DNA from: Oligoflexia bacterium
GTDB lineage: Bacteria > Bdellovibrionota > UBA1018
DNA: 64,000 nucleotides
Direction: 5' to 3'
NCBI GenBank assembly: GCA_963758495.1
Contig: CAVWVI010000004.1
Location: forward strand, 384,001-448,000
Part shown: positions 57,623 to 64,000 of the stretch, in pieces
Layout of the letters: each line of letters opens with the position of its first letter
Position numbering within the stretch: the first letter of the stretch is position 1
Translations under genes and position numbers: made by a program
The notes under the pieces: model-generated
The model's database searches: none
Told to the model about the DNA's origin: nothing
The model's input: the letters and a program-made list of their open reading frames with translations, nothing else

Positions 57623-57943
57623 ATGACTGACGATACACTTATCAAAAAAGCAGTCGAACTTTTATGTGACACAGGTTCCTATTCAAAAATCATTCTGTTC
57701 GGTTCTCGAGCGAGGGGAGATTCTCGTAAAGATTCTGATCTTGATTTGCTTGTGATTGAGGACCAAGTCACTAATAAAGTACGTGAGATGATCCGCCTTC
57801 AACGCCTTCTAAGACCTTTAGGCGTTGGAGTCGATGTCCTTGTTTTTTCTAGGGATGAAGTTCTAGAGTGGGCACATTTACCAGGCACAGTTCTTTATTG
57901 GGCTTTAAAGGAAGGAAAGACCATCTATGAAAAAGCCAGCTGA
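57623..57943 (+). CDS. minimal nucleotidyltransferase (MNT) antitoxin
   Basis: LFGSRARGDSRKDSDLDLLVI (GS-x10-DxD). Confidence 0.92.
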   Translation: MTDDTLIKKAVELLCDTGSYSKIILFGSRARGDSRKDSDLDLLVIEDQVTNKVREMIRLQRLLRPLGVGVDVLVFSRDEVLEWAHLPGTVLYWALKEGKTIYEKAS

Positions 57944-58331
57944 CTTGGCCAGAAGCTTTTGTAATCTTGCCAAGAAAGACTTAATTGCGCTTGAAGTTTT
58001 GGCAAAGAGCGAGGCAGTGGACGACTCCGTCATTGGATTTCATTCTCAACAGGTAGTTGAAAAAGCTTTAAAAGCTATACTTGCGCTTCATTCCGCAGAG
58101 TTTCCAAGGACTCATGATATTGGAGAACTTTTAGAACTCATTAAGAAAAATAATATAGAACTTCCACCTGCAGCACAGGAGTTGGACGAACTGAATCCCT
58201 ATGCAGTACTTTTGCGTTATGAATTTATTGATTTCGAATCTCAAATGGACCGAAAAAATCTTTCAAAAATCGCTCGCACCGTGCTCGAATGGGCAGAGGC
58301 TAAGATAAATTTTACGGATGGTATAAGGTAA
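57927..58331 (+). CDS. HEPN domain protein, partner of the MNT
   Basis: FHSQQVVEKALKA, FPRTHDIGELL, LNPYAVLLRY; overlaps the MNT gene. Confidence 0.92.
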   Translation: MKKPADLARSFCNLAKKDLIALEVLAKSEAVDDSVIGFHSQQVVEKALKAILALHSAEFPRTHDIGELLELIKKNNIELPPAAQELDELNPYAVLLRYEFIDFESQMDRKNLSKIARTVLEWAEAKINFTDGIR

Positions 58332-58698
58332 GAAAGCCCAGTTTTTGCATTCTTTGATAATCTGAATCCAACGACCATAGTTTAGAATGAGTATCCACTG
58401 CAATGGAGGCGATGAGTAAGTCTGTTGCACTAAATCTCTGACCGCGCCTTAAGCCTTGCTCAACCCAAGTCTCTAATCGACTCCAACTCGTCTCAGATGG
58501 GAAAAATTTCGGCAAGGCTGAAAGGACTCGCTTGAGATGTTGGATCTCGGTTTGTCTTACACCAGAAAGGAGTTCAAGCCAAACCATGACGGATAATGCT
58601 ACTTTGTCCTGATCGAGGAGTTCGTGTACAGATTGAATGAGTAAGGGATCTCTACCTCGGAAGTACTGAATCCAAATAGAAGTATCTATAAAAATCAT
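58312..58698 (-). CDS. vapC: PIN-domain toxin
   Basis: IFIDTSIWI, ELLSG, DLLIASIA, LWSLDSDY. Confidence 0.92.
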   Translation of the reverse strand: MIFIDTSIWIQYFRGRDPLLIQSVHELLDQDKVALSVMVWLELLSGVRQTEIQHLKRVLSALPKFFPSETSWSRLETWVEQGLRRGQRFSATDLLIASIAVDTHSKLWSLDSDYQRMQKLGFLTLYHP

Positions 58699-58700
58699 CT

Positions 58701-58904
58701 TTATTTATTTCGTTTTCGACGTCTTGATTTATCCACATCAATGTCCAGTTTCACATGGCCAGCCATTTTTTTTAGTTCTTCGATTCGTTTCTTTCGAATT
58801 AATTCCTGTAGAGATAGAATAATGGTATCTGTTTTAGACTTAAAACCCAATAACTGCCGGGCTTCTTCAATGAGTTCTTCGGGTATATCAATCGTCGTAC
58901 GCAT
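58701..58904 (-). CDS. vapB: VapB-type antitoxin
   Basis: MRTTIDIPEELIEEA...KTDTI..L; 2 bp upstream of vapC. Confidence 0.9.
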   Translation of the reverse strand: MRTTIDIPEELIEEARQLLGFKSKTDTIILSLQELIRKKRIEELKKMAGHVKLDIDVDKSRRRKRNK

Positions 58905-58911
58905 ATACTTT

Positions 58912-58940
58912 AATCTAATTCATATGCTTATATATGTCAA
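58912..58940 (-). promoter_or_regulatory. vapBC promoter with internal palindromic operator
   Basis: TTGACA-17 nt-TAGATT, 7 nt before the ATG; CATAT-N6-ATATG at 58921-58936. Confidence 0.65.
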
Positions 58941-59030
58941 AATAACAGCATAAATTACATATGACGAGGAGCTCTTTTTCAGAAATTCTAACTCACCACA
59001 TCAAAAAAGGAAGAATTCTTTGTGAAAACT

Positions 59031-59684
59031 TTATCCATCTTGCAGCAGCTTAATCAATTCCGCCGCCTCTGAATCAGAATGCTCAACTCCCATATCTACA
59101 TTTTTGAGACGTGAGGAGAGCGGTTGATTTCCATCTTCGATAAGTTTAGGTGCATCATGATGTTTCGACTTGATGGTCATTTCATGATTAATGGAGACTT
59201 CCCCTTCACAGGTGCAGAGAAAAAGAGGCTCAGTTGGCTTTGAATGAAGAAAAAAAGTGGTGCCTCGAACTGCCATCACCGCACCATGGGTTTTCACTTG
59301 ATAATGATCTGGATGAGTATTGGAATAATGACGAATATGCGACAACAGAAGTCCTTGTCTTAAATCGACGAGCCAATCTTTTTTAGGGGTATGGAAAATC
59401 TGAAGAGTACTGTCATGCTTGACGAACAGTGAAACCTCTTTTTTACCTAATACGACTTCTAATTGAGCGTCTGAATCGGTAATGATAATGTCGTTTCCAT
59501 GAAGACTTGAGCCCAGGTGCAACTCTACCTTATCATTGTCTACTAAACTTCGAGCCGCCCATGCTTTTCCACTGACCTTGATCACCTTGCCCACGATTTC
59601 ATTTTCAAGTTTTACCTCTGCAAATGCAGACATTGAAAAAACACTGAAGGCACCCAGAACAGCTATCCATTGAGGAAGAGTCAT
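59031..59684 (-). CDS. secreted FecR-domain protein
   Basis: Signal peptide; GKVIKVSG, DIIITD, LRQG, VKTHGAVMAVRGTTF, CEGEV. Confidence 0.88.
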   Translation of the reverse strand: MTLPQWIAVLGAFSVFSMSAFAEVKLENEIVGKVIKVSGKAWAARSLVDNDKVELHLGSSLHGNDIIITDSDAQLEVVLGKKEVSLFVKHDSTLQIFHTPKKDWLVDLRQGLLLSHIRHYSNTHPDHYQVKTHGAVMAVRGTTFFLHSKPTEPLFLCTCEGEVSINHEMTIKSKHHDAPKLIEDGNQPLSSRLKNVDMGVEHSDSEAAELIKLLQDG

Positions 59685-59850
59685 ATAAATAAAACCCTAG
59701 CACTTAATATTTCATTGGAATAGCTGTAATCTAAATTTATATAAGTATTTAATATATATATACAATTTCCAAATAGACAAATCGATTTAAATAGTTGATA
59801 ATATTAGTAATGCATTAAAACTCCTTTGGAATACCTAAGAAACAAGTGGG

Positions 59851-62800
59851 ATGTCAATGAATGGGTCACTCAGGTTACTTAATTTTTGGGCAATTGCCCT
59901 GCTATTCTCCCTCTCGGGTTGCTTTGAACAAATTCAACTAGGAAGCGCTGTTTCTGCCACCTCGAGCACAACCTCTTCATCCGGCACTTTCATTCATCCA
60001 TCCCCAACTATCACGAGCATCACTCCTAATATTGGACCCATTGCGGGAGGCACAGCAGTTACCCTTACGGGCACGGGTTTTTTTTTAGGAGCCAGCACCA
60101 CTCCTAACGTTGGACCCATTACCGGAGGCACGGACACGGGATTTTTTTCAGGAGCCATTGTCGTTTCTATTGGAGGATCTCTTTGTTCCTCTGTCACTTT
60201 GCTTTCCTCCACTACTCTCACTTGTGTGACCGGAGCGGCGTCAGTCGCTGGTATCAGTAGCGTCATAGTGACAAATCCAGATAATCAACTCGCTACCCAA
60301 TTGAATGGATTTATTTATCAAGGAACGCCACCGACCCTTACCCAGATTGCACCGACTTCAGGAAGCAACTCTGGAAGTACTCCAGTCACTCTGACTGGAA
60401 CTGGATTTCTAACAGGGGCTTACGCAACCATCGACGGATTAAACTGCAATTCCCTTGTCGTAGTTTCTTCCACTACGATCACTTGCATCACTCCCGCTCA
60501 TGACCTAGGTACCGTAATTGTAGCTGTGACTAATCCTGATCTCACTTCTGCATCCACTCTGACTCCCATTTTTTATACTTATACTGGGCCGGCTCCTACG
60601 ATTAGCCAACTCACCCCTTCAGCCGGAGGCTCGGGCACCACCGTTTCTATTTCTGGCTTAAATTTTAGACCGAGTTCGACTATTGCCATCAATGGCAATG
60701 CCTGCTCCAATCCGACATTTATCAATACAGATACACTTTCTTGCGTGACGCCCTTTGGCATCGGCGGAAATAGTGTTTCATTTGTAGTAACAAACCCCGA
60801 TGGAACCTCTTCCGTGGGTGGATCTAACCAATACACCTATCAATTCAGCGTGAATCAAATGGCCTCAGGCGGTAACCATAATTGCGCAGTTACCAATGGA
60901 GGGGTTCAGTGCTGGGGGCAAAATCAACTTGGACAACTCGGAAATTCGGCTACCTCTGATAGCTCAACCCCTCTATCCGTGACTGGCATCAGCTCGGGTG
61001 CTCAAAGTGTTGCAACTGGACAAGACCATAGCTGCGCAATCATTAACGGAGGGGTTCAGTGCTGGGGCAGAAACAGGTATGGGCAACTGGGAAATGGGAG
61101 CAATAACGACTCCTCTACACCTGTATCAACCACTGGACTCACTTCGAATGTCCAAGCCATTACAGCCGGCGCTCACCATACCTGTGCCATTAAAAACGGT
61201 GCCGTCTATTGCTGGGGAAATAATACTTATGGACAACTGGGAAATAATACCAGTGACGACTCCTCTACACCTGTATCAACCACTGGACTCACTTCGGGTG
61301 TCCAAGCTATTGCTGCCGGCGCTTCACACACTTGTGCGCTCATCACTGGTGGGGTTCAATGTTGGGGAAATAATACGAATGGCCAGTTAGGAAATAATAG
61401 TTCAACTGCTTCATTTAACACGCCTCAAGCGGTGAACGGATTAACATCGGGTGTCCAAGCGATTGCATCGGGTGCTTATCATTCTTGTGCGCTCATCAAT
61501 GGCGGAGTTCAATGCTGGGGAAATGGATTTTTTGGTCAATTAGGCATAGGCACTGGAAATTTTACTTCTAAAATGACTCCTCAGCCAGTATCGGGCTTAT
61601 CCTCTGGAGTACAAGCCATTGCCGCTGGCGATTTTTTTACCTGTGCTCTTGTCCAAGGTGGCATTCAATGCTGGGGAAGTAATGCATTCGGACAACTAGG
61701 AGTCAGTCCAAGCACAACGCCCTTCTCCGCTACACCTTTACAAATCCCCAACTCCACCTCTCCTTTCACGGGAGTCCAATCTCTCAGCTTAGGTGCAGAA
61801 CATACTTGCGCACTCATAAACGACCAAATCCAATGCTGGGGAGATAATACATTTGGACAGCTAGGAAACTCCACTCTTTCTGGTGCGGGTATTTTCAATA
61901 CGAATCCTTTACCCGTACTCAATTTAGCTTTAGCTCCCACCACTCTCTCTGCAAAAGAATTCCATGTTTGCGCTACACTTTCTGGAGGAGTTCAATGCTG
62001 GGGCACTAATTCTTATGGCGAATCTGGATATGGAAGTTACTCGACTACAAACTCGGCAGTTTATGCTTCAGGCCTTGCATCAGGTACTCTCAAAGTAGCA
62101 GCAGGAGCCCATCATACGTGTGCGCTCAATAGTAATATCACTGTGAGCTGTTGGGGAAGTAATGACGCTGGTCAAGTAAATGGTACACCTTCATCCAATA
62201 GCAATACTCCCACTCCCGTTCCGACTGCCAGTTTTACGCCCGCAGCGATTCCTTCTCCTGCCCCCTCTGTCACTCCTTATATTCCTTTAGTAGCAGGCTC
62301 TTTGCATACCTGTGGTATTGATTCAGCTTATCATGTCAAATGCTGGGGGAGTAACCAGTATGCTCAACTCATTGGGAGTTCCGGGAGTCCACAGTTTACG
62401 GAAATACTCTCGACCAAAACTATTTACCAACTCACAGCAGGAAGGGATCATACCTGCGCACTCACTGAAGATGGCACGGGTGTTTATTGCTGGGGAGATA
62501 ACTCATTCGGACAACTGGGAGGAAGTAATGTGACCACTCCCACTGCAGTTCCCTCCGTTATACCTTCCCCCACACCATCCGCCACACCAGCCATTATCCA
62601 AAATATAGCCGCAGGAGCGAATCACACTTGCGCCATTCTCAGCGGCAATGGAGGCGTGGAATGCTGGGGTGGGAATCAATATGGTCAACTTGGAAATATA
62701 ACAAACATAGGTACCACCACATCGAATCCGACTCCCTCTTTTGTGACTGCTTTAACAGCGGCAACTTTAACGGCGGCAAATACAACCGTACAACTCCTTG

Positions 62801-64000
62801 CTGCCGGTGATTTTCATACCTGCGCCATCATCGGTCCCTCGGGTACAGTTCAGTGTTGGGGAAGTAACTCCTACGGCCAATTGGGTTCTAATACAAATCT
62901 CGGATCCTATACCAGCACACCTCAAACCGTTGCGGGTGTCACGGGAGCCCGGTTTCTCGCGCTGGGTGCTGACTTCTCCTGTGCTCTCAATACGACCAGT
63001 GTCCAGTGCTGGGGTGGAAATAATTATGCTCAGTTAGGAAACTCAAACCACGCCGGTTCAACCACTTCGAGTGTAACAGCGTTACCTGTCACTAATTTAG
63101 GATCAGGCATCTCCATGATGACTGCAGGAGATTCTCATACCTGCACACTCGTCAATGGAACCATTCAGTGCTGGGGAAATAATTCAAATGGACAGTTGGG
63201 AATTGGAGATGCTTCCGTCACTCAAGTTTCAACACCTCAAACGGTACTCCAAACCTCCACGGGAACAGCCCTCACAGGAGTTCAAACCACGACAGCGGGC
63301 CTCACATCTGGAGATGACCATTCTTGCGCTATTGTGAGTGGTGCAATCCAATGCTGGGGAGCTAATTTCTATGGGCAACTGGGGAATGGAAATACGACGA
63401 ACTCGAATATTCCTGTAACAGTCATTTCCAGTGCCACGGGATACCCTCCTGTTTCAGGAGCCCAAGCCGTATCAGGGGGATCAGGCCACACTTGTGCCAT
63501 CATTAATCATGGGGTTCAATGCTGGGGTCGCAATTCAAATGGACAACTCGGAACAGGTAATTTAAATAATATTTCTAAAGCTTCTACTGTCCTGGGCATC
63601 TCATCTGCCGTGAATAGCATCGCCACTGGAGCTGCTCACTCTTGTGCTGCCTTAACAGGAACAGGAGGAGTACTCTGCTGGGGAAGTAATTCAAATGGAC
63701 AACTTGGAAATCCTACTTACGCGACTACGACCACACCCACAGCCCTTCCTACTTTTGTAACCAACTTAGGCGCCGGCTCGAGTGTTCAATCCTTAGCAGC
63801 AGGAACCTATCATACCTGTGCTTTGCTCACCAGCGGAGGAGTTCAATGTTGGGGAAGTAATTCTAACGGCCAATTAGGAAATAATACGAACGTTGACTCT
63901 AGCACTCCAGTCACAGTCAAAGACAGCACAGGATCATCCACCCTGACAGGAGTCAGTGCCATCAATGCAGGAGGCAATTTCACTTGCGCCACACTCACCA
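59851..64000 (+). CDS. large lipoprotein with 3 IPT/TIG domains and at least 19 RCC1-like repeats; 3' end outside the window
   Basis: Frame read as open from ATG 59851 (..LLFSLSGC lipobox); PTITSITP..GGTAVTLTGTGF repeats, then ~50-aa HTCA..GGVQCWGxNxxGQLG repeats; missing from the ORF track because no stop codon falls in the window. Confidence 0.9.
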   Translation, partial: MSMNGSLRLLNFWAIALLFSLSGCFEQIQLGSAVSATSSTTSSSGTFIHPSPTITSITPNIGPIAGGTAVTLTGTGFFLGASTTPNVGPITGGTDTGFFSGAIVVSIGGSLCSSVTLLSSTTLTCVTGAASVAGISSVIVTNPDNQLATQLNGFIYQGTPPTLTQIAPTSGSNSGSTPVTLTGTGFLTGAYATIDGLNCNSLVVVSSTTITCITPAHDLGTVIVAVTNPDLTSASTLTPIFYTYTGPAPTISQLTPSAGGSGTTVSISGLNFRPSSTIAINGNACSNPTFINTDTLSCVTPFGIGGNSVSFVVTNPDGTSSVGGSNQYTYQFSVNQMASGGNHNCAVTNGGVQCWGQNQLGQLGNSATSDSSTPLSVTGISSGAQSVATGQDHSCAIINGGVQCWGRNRYGQLGNGSNNDSSTPVSTTGLTSNVQAITAGAHHTCAIKNGAVYCWGNNTYGQLGNNTSDDSSTPVSTTGLTSGVQAIAAGASHTCALITGGVQCWGNNTNGQLGNNSSTASFNTPQAVNGLTSGVQAIASGAYHSCALINGGVQCWGNGFFGQLGIGTGNFTSKMTPQPVSGLSSGVQAIAAGDFFTCALVQGGIQCWGSNAFGQLGVSPSTTPFSATPLQIPNSTSPFTGVQSLSLGAEHTCALINDQIQCWGDNTFGQLGNSTLSGAGIFNTNPLPVLNLALAPTTLSAKEFHVCATLSGGVQCWGTNSYGESGYGSYSTTNSAVYASGLASGTLKVAAGAHHTCALNSNITVSCWGSNDAGQVNGTPSSNSNTPTPVPTASFTPAAIPSPAPSVTPYIPLVAGSLHTCGIDSAYHVKCWGSNQYAQLIGSSGSPQFTEILSTKTIYQLTAGRDHTCALTEDGTGVYCWGDNSFGQLGGSNVTTPTAVPSVIPSPTPSATPAIIQNIAAGANHTCAILSGNGGVECWGGNQYGQLGNITNIGTTTSNPTPSFVTALTAATLTAANTTVQLLAAGDFHTCAIIGPSGTVQCWGSNSYGQLGSNTNLGSYTSTPQTVAGVTGARFLALGADFSCALNTTSVQCWGGNNYAQLGNSNHAGSTTSSVTALPVTNLGSGISMMTAGDSHTCTLVNGTIQCWGNNSNGQLGIGDASVTQVSTPQTVLQTSTGTALTGVQTTTAGLTSGDDHSCAIVSGAIQCWGANFYGQLGNGNTTNSNIPVTVISSATGYPPVSGAQAVSGGSGHTCAIINHGVQCWGRNSNGQLGTGNLNNISKASTVLGISSAVNSIATGAAHSCAALTGTGGVLCWGSNSNGQLGNPTYATTTTPTALPTFVTNLGAGSSVQSLAAGTYHTCALLTSGGVQCWGSNSNGQLGNNTNVDSSTPVTVKDSTGSSTLTGVSAINAGGNFTCATLT

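Noticed and set aside
60880..64000. Regularly spaced ~150-bp repeats, and small ORFs on other frames
   Set aside because: They are RCC1 protein repeats of one long frame-1 CDS; the listed small ORFs are shadows of it

Overview
Chromosomal window of an AT-rich (roughly 40-43% GC by eye) Gram-negative bacterium. Gene content and order (icd-mdh-sucC-sucD-ndk, beta-barrel MlaD, FecR-domain and RCC1-repeat lipoproteins) suggest Bdellovibrionota/Oligoflexia, which is inference only. Housekeeping blocks: aroB/aroQ; infC-rpmI-rplT-pheS-pheT-ihfA with tRNA-Val(CAC); nadE, ndk, sucCD, mdh, icd, nadA, cinA. Accessory content: (i) an inositol-lipid locus (ino1, CDP-alcohol phosphatidyltransferase, Gfo/Idh/MocA) next to an MMPL transporter and mlaE-mlaD, whose third gene is split by a 14-bp duplication; (ii) a secreted FGE/C-type-lectin-fold protein whose 3' end looks like a DGR variable region, with no RT or template repeat in the window; (iii) a reductive pyrimidine catabolism operon lacking the dehydrogenase, with a divergent structured ncRNA candidate upstream; (iv) two PI-PLC-like paralogs; (v) a secreted (GQKAGQA)n protein; (vi) a dispersed GTAAG...CTTAC REP-like repeat family; (vii) MNT-HEPN and VapBC toxin-antitoxin pairs; (viii) a large IPT/RCC1-repeat lipoprotein that runs off the window and is absent from the ORF track. 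pheT carries an apparent +1 frameshift near its 3' end. No CRISPR array, rRNA, integrase, transposase or reverse transcriptase was seen.
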